A stretch of 15,219 bases of DNA from an uncultured bacterium. Lineage in GTDB: Bacteria > Hydrogenedentota > Hydrogenedentia > Hydrogenedentales > JAEUWI01. A program made the position numbers and the translations under genes. Within the stretch, counting starts at the first letter, position 1, and each line of letters opens with the position of its first letter. A model generated the notes under the pieces. The model was not told the DNA's origin, ran no database searches, and saw only the letters and a list, made by a program, of their open reading frames with translations. Below are positions 1 to 7,196 of the stretch, in pieces. Location: NCBI GenBank assembly GCA_963977445.1, contig CAXBPH010000167.1, forward strand, positions 1 to 15,219, given 5' to 3'.

Positions 1-110
1 CCAGGACTCGCTACGCTCGCCGCTGGGCTACGTTATGTCGCCCACTTCGTGGACTCAACAGCCTCGTTGCCGGGGCTTTCCTTATACCCCCGGCTCTGCC
101 GGTGGTTGCG
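1..110. repeat. REP-like short palindromic elements (partial at window edge)
   Basis: Short GC-rich palindromes: ccac-ttc-gtgg (~42-52), gccgggg(69-75)/ccccggc(88-94) and ccggc-tct-gccgg. The style resembles REP-type extragenic repeats; copy number cannot be seen in one window. Confidence 0.35.
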
Positions 111-183
111 GATTGGGCCTTGCCCCCGTCACATCCATTGATTCCAGGCTACAACAAACGGCTCGCTTCTCCTGCAATATAAA

Positions 184-1119
184 CTAGGGATAAACGACGG
201 TCTCAAAGAATTGCATCCGAGTCCAGTTGCTAAAAGACTGGGTCAATTCCGCGACAAGGGCTTCTTCAGATAAGGCTGTATCTGATGTGGCGTTCACTAT
301 AGCCTCGTCTAGCGTAGCACCGTCCTGTAGCGCCCGAAGCAGTAGGTATTGAAGCCGTGTGAGATCGTGGCGGCGGACAACGTAGTCGCGGCGGGTGATT
401 GCCATATAGCATTTCTGTGCTGCTGGCAATGGCGCTACCGTGTCGTCCGCAGCGTGCCTGGCTTCGGTATAGTAGGTGTTGAGGGGGAAGTTTAGCGAGA
501 GCAGGTTGAGGCAAGGGACCGTCCGCAGCCCAACATGGGGCCAACTTTCCGCTGTTATGCGACTTATTTGCTCTTTGCTCAGCGTCGGTGTCTCTTCGAT
601 GCCCGGCCCGTCATAGACGAGGGCAATGGTCCATTCCAGCTTGGCCAGGTCGATGAGAAAATCCGGCCAGGCGGGCACCCTTTCCCCGTCGAAGATCGCG
701 CCTTCCGTTTTGTCGGGCCGGGTTTCGTTGAGATAATCGGCAAAGCGGTCGCCAAGGAGTCCCAGGGTATAGGAGCGTGACGGGTAGTGCTGCAGATAGC
801 CGAAGGCGAGTCCATTGAAAGCCTCCTCGCCGAGCGTCAATTTGAGCACGGGATAGGATTCGCCCATGCATTCCAGCAGGCGGGCGTAATAGGCGTTCGC
901 ATAGATGGCGATACGATCCCGTGCGGAAACCCGTTCCGATCGGGTGATCATCACTTCAAGTTCACCACGGGTCAGGGGCACGAGTTGGGATGCTTCGGGC
1001 GACTCGACGCCGGCCTCTACGCCGTCGGGGTGGGTTACTACGGAGTGGAACCATCGTTGCACGATGGACAAATCGGGCCACGATTGGATCGCAGCGTAGT
1101 TAGGGTGCTTTTCGTTCAT
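184..1119 (-). CDS. DUF2063/HvfC-BufC-like MNIO partner protein (putative precursor-recognition protein)
   Basis: Motifs RIAIYANAYYARLLECMGESYPVL, YLQHYPSRSYTL..LGDRFADYL and DLAKLEW are typical of DUF2063 proteins. Lies directly downstream of the DUF692 gene. Start moved to ATG 1119 (MNEKHP), just after the upstream TGA at 1127-1129. Confidence 0.85.
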   Translation of the reverse strand: MNEKHPNYAAIQSWPDLSIVQRWFHSVVTHPDGVEAGVESPEASQLVPLTRGELEVMITRSERVSARDRIAIYANAYYARLLECMGESYPVLKLTLGEEAFNGLAFGYLQHYPSRSYTLGLLGDRFADYLNETRPDKTEGAIFDGERVPAWPDFLIDLAKLEWTIALVYDGPGIEETPTLSKEQISRITAESWPHVGLRTVPCLNLLSLNFPLNTYYTEARHAADDTVAPLPAAQKCYMAITRRDYVVRRHDLTRLQYLLLRALQDGATLDEAIVNATSDTALSEEALVAELTQSFSNWTRMQFFETVVYP

Positions 1120-1126
1120 AGGGTGC

Positions 1127-2059
1127 TCATTCAACTTCCGCCGCGACGTAATGAAGGGGGTGGGGTGAACTCTCTTCGCCCGTGTCTGCGGCAAAGGACG
1201 TAGTTACCGTCGAATGAGTAACAGGCAAGTGCTGCTTCATGAAATGCTTGGCCTTCAATACTTCCTCGTGCAGTTCGGGAAAGGGCGGGATGCTCGCATC
1301 CCATTCCAGGAGTGTCGAGACGCCGCCAGTCAGTTGGTGGGCGAGGTGATAGAGCTCCCAGACAGGGTCGATGACGTGCCCATCGTGGGTGTCGATGAGA
1401 TGGGTAGTGTAGTTGGTGTGGCCGGCCAGGTGAAACTGGACGATGCGATCGTGGGGAACCGCGCGAATGAATTCTGCGGGGTCCAGGTCGTGGTTGAAGC
1501 TGGACACATAAACGTTATTGACGTCGAGGAGTAAGCCGCAGCCCGTCTCTTGTGCCAGCCTGGAGACGAACTCTGCCTCGCCCATGGTGGAGCCCTGAAA
1601 TTCGACGTAGGAACTGGGGTTCTCCAGAATCAGGGGGCGCTCCATGTAATCCTGGACCACGTGTACGCGCTCGATTACATGCTGGAGTGTTTCTTCGGTA
1701 AACGGGATAGGGAGTAGGTCATGGGTGTTTTTCGCGGCAACACCGGTCCAGCAAATGTGGTCAGAAACCCACCTGGGACCAATACTTTCTGCAAGTGATT
1801 TTAATTTCCGAAGGTAGTCGAAATTCAAGGGGTCGGTCGAGCCGATGGATAGGGAAACGCCATGCATGACCACGGGATATCGCTCCGCGATTTGCTCCAC
1901 AATGCGGCGTGGGCGCCCCTGAGAATCCATAAAGTTTTCGCTGATGACTTCGAACCAGTCCACCTCCGGCCAGTGCTCCAATATGTGGCTGAAGTGAACC
2001 GACCGAAGGCCGAGGCCGAGGCCGAGATTGGGCAATCCAAGTCTGCTAGTTTCTGGCAT
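1127..2059 (-). CDS. DUF692 family multinuclear non-heme iron oxidative enzyme (MNIO; MbnB/TglH/ChrH/BufB-like)
   Basis: GLGLR N-terminus and the expected metal-ligand motifs [41 protein letters not shown] and LLEWD. AAGGA RBS upstream. Confidence 0.95.
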   Translation of the reverse strand: MPETSRLGLPNLGLGLGLRSVHFSHILEHWPEVDWFEVISENFMDSQGRPRRIVEQIAERYPVVMHGVSLSIGSTDPLNFDYLRKLKSLAESIGPRWVSDHICWTGVAAKNTHDLLPIPFTEETLQHVIERVHVVQDYMERPLILENPSSYVEFQGSTMGEAEFVSRLAQETGCGLLLDVNNVYVSSFNHDLDPAEFIRAVPHDRIVQFHLAGHTNYTTHLIDTHDGHVIDPVWELYHLAHQLTGGVSTLLEWDASIPPFPELHEEVLKAKHFMKQHLPVTHSTVTTSFAADTGEESSPHPLHYVAAEVE

Positions 2060-2081
2060 GGTTCAATTCCTTAGTCTCCGG

Positions 2082-2134
2082 GAGTCCCCCTGGCGGGCGG
2101 CAGAAAGGGAATAGCCAGCCCGACAGGGGGATTC
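2082..2134 (-). other. Intergenic stem-loop between precursor and MNIO gene
   Basis: Arms gagtccccctggcgggcggc (2082-2101) and gccagcccgacagggggattc (2114-2134) form a ~20-bp imperfect stem. No U-tract follows on the minus strand. Confidence 0.7.
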
Positions 2135-2154
2135 TGGATGCGTTGAGTAGGAAA

Positions 2155-2613
2155 TTACGCAGAGGGCGCAGGGCTGAATTTCTTGTCGAGGCTTGTCATG
2201 AGGTGTTCATATTGCTTGCGGGCAAGTTCCCAGGAATCTTTACTGAGCGGTACCGCGCAATGCCCGTGCTCTTTGCAATTATTCTGTCCGGGATAGCCGC
2301 CACAACCACCTTCGCCCTTGCACTCGTTCATACCATTGCAGGCATGGGCTTTGACGGTGGCGCAGGCACCTTGGCCCGCACAGGCGTGATCGCCCTTACC
2401 GTGGCCCTTGCAGCCGTTCAGCCCGCGACATACATTGGGGTCCTGGAGCAACAAGGCGGGATCTACGGGAAAATCGGCGTCTTTTTCGTTCTTTTTCTTG
2501 GTGCCGGAGCCCTTACCGGCGGCTGCGGCCATGCGGGAGCCACCGACGATACCGGCGGCTGCGGCAAGCGTCAGGGACGAAAAATTGCGTCGGGAAACTT
2601 TCTTTTCAACCAT
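2155..2613 (-). CDS. Tat-exported Cys/His-rich MNIO precursor peptide (BufA2-like repeats)
   Basis: S-R-R-N-F twin-arginine motif and hydrophobic stretch, then a core with 9 Cys in C-x5-C units (CRGLNGC, CAGQGAC, CNGMNECKGEGGC, CKEHGHC). AAGGAG RBS lies 7 nt before ATG 2613, favouring it over 2619. First gene ahead of DUF692. Confidence 0.85.
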   Translation of the reverse strand: MVEKKVSRRNFSSLTLAAAAGIVGGSRMAAAAGKGSGTKKKNEKDADFPVDPALLLQDPNVCRGLNGCKGHGKGDHACAGQGACATVKAHACNGMNECKGEGGCGGYPGQNNCKEHGHCAVPLSKDSWELARKQYEHLMTSLDKKFSPAPSA

Positions 2614-2781
2614 GTGCATTCTCCTTTGAATTGATTACGACTTCAATCTTTTCGCCAGACCTGTTGTTTGGCGAAATACGGACAAATGGTGGATTCCATA
2701 CCCGTACATTCAGCCCTTCAGCGCGAAAACGTTTGCGAGGCTTTCTCTTAGTGGTAACCGGTGAAATCCAGCCAACATCAG

Positions 2782-2811
2782 ATTAGTCGCGGAATCTATC
2801 GAAATCTTACA
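2782..2811 (-). promoter_or_regulatory. Putative ECF sigma promoter TGTAAGA-N15-CGACTAAT
   Basis: Bipartite motif oriented towards the precursor gene; matches copies at 2894-2923 and 9935-9965. Confidence 0.6.
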
Positions 2812-2893
2812 GGTTCCAATCTGGATGCGTTCGGGCGACAGAACCCGTGCAACTCGAACAATTCCGCCATCACGACCAAGGTTTCTTACACTG

Positions 2894-2924
2894 ATGAGTC
2901 GTCGGGGCGGCCCGATTCTTACAC
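2894..2924 (-). promoter_or_regulatory. Putative ECF sigma promoter GTGTAAGAA-N12-GACGACTCAT
   Basis: Both boxes (9 and 10 nt) are identical to those upstream of arsS (9935-9966); the spacer differs by 1 nt. Confidence 0.65.
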
Positions 2925-3138
2925 CAAATCTTAGGTCATCGTATCGATTTTTCGGCAGGAAGAATAAGCGGGATGACATGGAATACGACTCGCTCCGAAT
3001 GGACTGACGTCGGGTTCATATCGTGAAATAATCGTGATCCGTCCATGTGATCTCTCGTCATTTCAAAGGTACTTGGCGTTGGAATTACGCAGTGTGTACC
3101 ATTGAAAATTCCTACTTTCTCAACGAGGGGAACAGCAA

Positions 3139-3534
3139 GTGCGCAACATACTGACGCTGATGAACGCAATCATAAGAATGCCCTTCCCCTGGAACCTCTG
3201 GGTGCTTTATCTCGGCGTGGTTAATCTGGGTGGTGCTTTCTGGTTTATTCACCGGCCGGCAGGGGTAGCGGCCATCATGGCAATGGCGCTCGCCTTCGCA
3301 GTCATGGCCGCCATACACGCAAAGCGGGGTTTCGTTCGCCTGCTCGGTTTGGGGCATATCATCGCGTGGATCCCGCTCAGCGTATACTTCGTTTTGCTGT
3401 TGGCGACGGGTGAGGGTGAGGACAGCTATCGTTGGTGGCTCGTGTTGATTGTACTTTCTAATACTGTTTCACTGGTGATCGACATCGTGGATGTGGCGCG
3501 CTATGCGCGGGGTGAACGCCTCCCCATAGCGTGA
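3139..3534 (+). CDS. Small integral membrane protein (about 4 TM helices), unknown function
   Basis: GTG start with GAGGGG RBS (3125-3130); four hydrophobic segments; motif-like stretches RGFVRLLGLGHIIAWIPL and SLVIDIVDVARYARGER. Confidence 0.8.
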   Translation: MRNILTLMNAIIRMPFPWNLWVLYLGVVNLGGAFWFIHRPAGVAAIMAMALAFAVMAAIHAKRGFVRLLGLGHIIAWIPLSVYFVLLLATGEGEDSYRWWLVLIVLSNTVSLVIDIVDVARYARGERLPIA

Positions 3535-3619
3535 ACGAACACAATGAAGTGGGAGCGACGAAAAAGCTTCATGGGCAAATAGGGGGATTGCAATTCTGGA
3601 AGGGTGTATTGGGGGAACT

Positions 3620-3797
3620 AGTTGTGCCGCGCGATCCCCAAAAGGCGAGTATCAACGAGTCCTGACGGGTTCGTGCGTGAGTCGCTTCACCGAACACGCA
3701 ACGAGCGCCGGCAAGGGCCATTGCGGTCACCCAAAGCGCACGAACTCACCTAAGGCAAGCCTTCTACCCTCGTGCCTCGGGGACACGCGGCACGTCT
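3620..3797 (+). ncRNA. Candidate 6S RNA-like rod hairpin (alternatively a MITE-like element)
   Basis: Outer stem gtgccgcg(3624-3631)/cgcggcac(3786-3793), tcccc/gggga and aggc/gcct. Inner stem gggttcgtgcg(3667-3677)/cgcacgaactc(3737-3747). Central bubble has a 3' mini-hairpin aaggc-aa-gcctt (3752-3763). Length ~178 nt; strand uncertain. Confidence 0.4.
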
Positions 3798-3853
3798 GAT
3801 ATAAAAACGTTGAGCGCAACATAAACACCTTCCCACTTTTTCCCCAAGAACCC

Positions 3854-3887
3854 AAAAAAGCGCGGAGCCCCAAGTGGAGCTCCGCGC
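3854..3887 (-). terminator. Rho-independent terminator downstream of TlpA-like gene
   Basis: Stem gcgcggagc(3860-3868)/gctccgcgc(3879-3887), followed on the minus strand by a 6-nt U-tract; starts ~20 nt after the stop at 3909. Confidence 0.85.
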
Positions 3888-3908
3888 ATCACGAAATTCA
3901 TAGCATCA

Positions 3909-4538
3909 TCATTTGGAACCGGAGCCCCCCAGGGTCCTTCTTTTTTTCGCGGGCGCGGGCTTTGTGGCACTGTCGCCCGCTTCGCTTTTCTCTGCGTTGG
4001 GGAAGAGTTTCGCGAGCTGCGTCTCAAGTTCCGGATCCGCCGGATGTCCTACCCACGCAATCTTGCCTTGTTTGTCGACCAGAAATGAGGCAGGGATACC
4101 ATTCAGCCCGAACTTCGCCATATAGGCCATAGCCGTCTGCTGGTCCTTGTCAAGCCCGATGGTGTAGTCCATCGCGGCTCCCTTCGATTTTACGAAGTTC
4201 TCCACCACCTCTTTTTCTTCCATCGAGACGGCCACTACGGAGAGGCCACTATCCCCATACTCCTTTTGGATTTCCGACAGGTGGGGAATTACCTTTTCAC
4301 ACTGGGGACACCAGGTCGCCCAAAATTCGACCAGGTAGGCCTTCTTCCCTTGGCCCTCCGCCAGATCAACAGGCTGGCCCTTGACCCAACTTGCGATTTC
4401 GAGCATCGGCGCCGGGTCGCCAATTTGCCCCATTTCAGGGTTGGCGCTCTTTGTGCCACTGCCGGCGGCGTAGGCGACCGTGGCCACAGCGGCCATGGCA
4501 ATTGTCGAGGCAAGTGTAATGTAACTAGTCTTTTTCAT
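3909..4538 (-). CDS. TlpA/ResA-like thiol-disulfide oxidoreductase (redoxin), secreted
   Basis: Sec signal ending AYA, then IGDPAP, LVEFWATWCPQC active site and GIP cis-Pro loop (GIPASFLVDKQGKIAW). AAGGAG RBS at 4545-4550. Confidence 0.92.
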   Translation of the reverse strand: MKKTSYITLASTIAMAAVATVAYAAGSGTKSANPEMGQIGDPAPMLEIASWVKGQPVDLAEGQGKKAYLVEFWATWCPQCEKVIPHLSEIQKEYGDSGLSVVAVSMEEKEVVENFVKSKGAAMDYTIGLDKDQQTAMAYMAKFGLNGIPASFLVDKQGKIAWVGHPADPELETQLAKLFPNAEKSEAGDSATKPAPAKKRRTLGGSGSK

Positions 4539-4680
4539 GGTAAACTCCTTATAGTGGTTAAATAGTATTTCTAGTTAACTGACTCTATACGTATTCACGG
4601 CACGTGGATTCACATATCAATAACGCGCATGAAAGATTGCGATCACGCCCGTGAGCCAGGTGTTCTCCCGGCACAAGTTG

Positions 4681-4866
4681 TTATGTCTCGGCATGCTTCA
4701 GGGAGAGTCGCACAAACTGCTCTTCCGTGGCGATGAAAGGATCGACGACATCGGGATCGAACTGCGAGCCCCGATTCTTGACAATCTCGGCCCGCGCGTC
4801 GACATGGGATCAGGGCTCTTTGTCGGGCCGCTTCGAGGTGAGGGCGTCGTATACATCCACCACGAG
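4681..4866 (-). pseudogene. C-terminal fragment of an HD-GYP (c-di-GMP phosphodiesterase) domain
   Basis: Manual translation gives LVVDVYDALTSKRPDKEP*SHVDARAEIVKNRGSQFDPDVVDPFIATEEQFVRLSLKHAET*. DVYDALTSxRPY and GxQFDP are hallmark motifs. In-frame TGA at 4810-4812 (W expected) and no N-terminal part. Confidence 0.8.
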
Positions 4867-5134
4867 TTGAGATGCCTTGTAGCCCACCAGTTCACAACGC
4901 TGTCCGGTTCCTTGAAAATGAAGTTCACCAGACGTGGGTCACACACGACCGAAATTCGAGATGCCTTACTTTTCCGAAGGTCGGGAAAGAGGTCAAACTC
5001 CCGTTAGGTGGCCAATGGATCCGCCTCGGCCAAGATGGGCTGGAACCGGCGGTGCAAGTTCCAGAAGACCAAGCGTCCCAAGAGATACTCCTGGAGCAGG
5101 GATGAACCGCGCCACAATGTAGTCAGGTGGTGAA

Positions 5135-5593
5135 TCATTGTTTCGAGAACGCATCCTTCCCACGGAGGACGCACGCCTCACTGGTGCAACCGCCACTGTT
5201 TTTCAGTTTCCACTCCCCATTCTCCAGGGCATATTCATACTCAATGCCACCTATCGTGTCGTCCGCACTGCCGCCCGCCTTTCGGAGAAACACTTCCACC
5301 TTGGCGACGGGGGTTCCGAATAGTGGGGTCTTCCGAGCTACGGTGAGGTGTGATGCAGCCTCCACATCGGAGGAGATGTTTTCTTTCAGGGCCTGCTCCA
5401 CGAGGGGTGCCGCAGACGCTTGGAGGCTTTGTTGTTGATACTGACCGAAGCCCCACAGTCCAGCAGCGGCGGCCAGCGTGCCAATGAGGAGCTTTTCCCG
5501 CAACGTGCCCGAGCGCTTCCCTTCGAGCGTTGTCTCCCGGGCAGTCGACTCCTCGATGTTCTCGATTCTTTGGGGGGATTCACTATCACTCAT
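5135..5593 (-). CDS. Hypothetical single-TM protein with C-terminal CxxxxC
   Basis: RBS-like AAAGGA upstream; one TM segment (LLIGTLAAAAGLWGF); beta-rich soluble domain ending SGGCTSEAC. Last gene of the arsS operon. Confidence 0.75.
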   Translation of the reverse strand: MSDSESPQRIENIEESTARETTLEGKRSGTLREKLLIGTLAAAAGLWGFGQYQQQSLQASAAPLVEQALKENISSDVEAASHLTVARKTPLFGTPVAKVEVFLRKAGGSADDTIGGIEYEYALENGEWKLKNSGGCTSEACVLRGKDAFSKQ

Positions 5594-5639
5594 ATCGTGT
5601 TCCTTTCAGTTTTTTGATGCGTATAAAGCCACGGGTGGT

Positions 5640-7196
5640 CTATCGCCGCCAAGAAAGAACCGTTTTAAATAGCTTCTGGACGCGCGGCGTCAATTTCTGA
5701 CGGTTATAGGCATCTGCCGCCCGCTTGATCACTTCCGCACGGGTTGGATAGGGGTGAATCGTCTTGGCCAGGGAGGACAGGCCTTTCCCCGCGACCATGA
5801 CGGCGGTGATTTCGGTAATCATGTCGCCCGCGTGTCGGGCCACCAGGGTGGCGCCCAGAATGTGGTCGGAGCCCGCCTTCAACAGGATTCGAACGTATCC
5901 TTCATTCTCTCCGTCGAGTACCGCGCGGTCCACCGCATTTAGCGGAACGGAAATTTCCTGCGTTTCGATACTACGCTGCTTGGCGTCCTCGTCGGTCATG
6001 CCAACGTGCGCCACTTCTGGATCGGTGTAGGTGCTCCACGGAATGACGAGTGCGCTGGCTTTGTCACGCCCGAAAAACAGCGCGTTGCGTAGCACAATCC
6101 GGGCGAGGGCGTCGGCGGTGTGGGTGAATTTGTACACCGACGAAACATCGCCAGCGGCGTAGATGTTGGCATTGCTGGTGCGCAGGAAATCATCCACGCG
6201 AACACCTTTCTTTTCATCATAGTCGACGCCCGCTTCCTCCAGATTCAGCGTCTCCACATTGGGGGCCCGTCCCACGCCGATCACAATGGCGTCTACACGG
6301 ACCTCGTGGCCTTCCCCGTGGCAATGAAGCTGGAGAACCTTCTCCTCGCCCTCCTTGCGGACGGACGCGGCTTTTCCTCCGCAGACGATCATGACCCCGT
6401 CATGTACCAACGCACGGTGCACGATTTCGGCGGCTTCGGCCTCTTCCCTGGGAAGAATTCGCGTACCTGATTCCACCAGGGTGACACGGGAACCAAGCCG
6501 GGCGAAGGCCTGGGCCAGCTCGCAACCGATAGGCCCGGCACCGACCACGGCAAGGCGTGCCGGTCGTTCCGTGAGCGAAAAGACCGTCTCATTGGTCAGA
6601 TATCCTGCTTCTTCCAGCCCTGGAATTGGCGGGGCAATGGCGCGGGCGCCCGTGGCGATCAGCGCTTTCGAGAATTGCAGACGTGCATCTCCGACCACGA
6701 CCGAATGTCGACCGTCGAAGCGGGCATCGCCCAGGAATACATCAATACCCAATTCGGTAAAACGGGCAACGGAATCGTGGTGACTCAAGCCCGCCCGCAG
6801 TCGCCGCATGCGCTCCATCACTGCACCAAAATCGACCGTGACGTCGCCACCAACGTTGACGCCAAATTGTGCGGCATCGCGAACGTCGGCCGCAGCCTGG
6901 GCGCAACGAATCAAGGCCTTACTGGGCACGCAACCCACATTCAGACAGTCCCCGCCCATCAACGAGCGCTCAATGAGGGCAACTTTGGCACCAAGCCCCG
7001 CCGCACCCGCCGCGGCCACCAAGCCTGCTGGCCCCGCGCCGATGACGACAAGGTTATAGCGCCCGGCGGGGACGGGATTTTTCCAGTCCACCGGCTGCGT
7101 GTGACCCTGTAAGGTACGATTGTGTTCGTCCAGCGGTTGGAGCGCCGCCTCGAGGTGTCGTTCGCTCGTCGCTTCTGTAGAAATAGTTTCGCTCAA
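5640..7196 (-). CDS. Mercuric-reductase-like class I pyridine nucleotide-disulfide oxidoreductase (no C-terminal CC, so not a true MerA)
   Basis: GAGPAG FAD motif, GGDCLNVGCVPSK redox disulfide, GAGPIGCE and IHPYPT. Likely TTG start at 7196, overlapping the upstream TGA, with AGGAG 8 nt before it. Confidence 0.9.
   Translation of the reverse strand: MSETISTEATSERHLEAALQPLDEHNRTLQGHTQPVDWKNPVPAGRYNLVVIGAGPAGLVAAAGAAGLGAKVALIERSLMGGDCLNVGCVPSKALIRCAQAAADVRDAAQFGVNVGGDVTVDFGAVMERMRRLRAGLSHHDSVARFTELGIDVFLGDARFDGRHSVVVGDARLQFSKALIATGARAIAPPIPGLEEAGYLTNETVFSLTERPARLAVVGAGPIGCELAQAFARLGSRVTLVESGTRILPREEAEAAEIVHRALVHDGVMIVCGGKAASVRKEGEEKVLQLHCHGEGHEVRVDAIVIGVGRAPNVETLNLEEAGVDYDEKKGVRVDDFLRTSNANIYAAGDVSSVYKFTHTADALARIVLRNALFFGRDKASALVIPWSTYTDPEVAHVGMTDEDAKQRSIETQEISVPLNAVDRAVLDGENEGYVRILLKAGSDHILGATLVARHAGDMITEITAVMVAGKGLSSLAKTIHPYPTRAEVIKRAADAYNRQKLTPRVQKLFKTVLSWRR

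Noticed and set aside
2710..3169. Short ORFs 2710-2979, 2825-3007 and 2936-3169
   Set aside because: No recognisable motifs or good RBS, and they overlap the promoter motifs of a divergent intergenic region.
4810..4812. In-frame TGA in the HD-GYP fragment as selenocysteine or recoded Trp
   Set aside because: The position is not a Cys site, neighbouring genes use TGA as a true stop, the fragment lacks its N-terminus, and RPY has decayed to RPD.
5640..7196. Calling the first flavoprotein merA
   Set aside because: It lacks the C-terminal vicinal Cys pair; the true merA is at 11675-13120.
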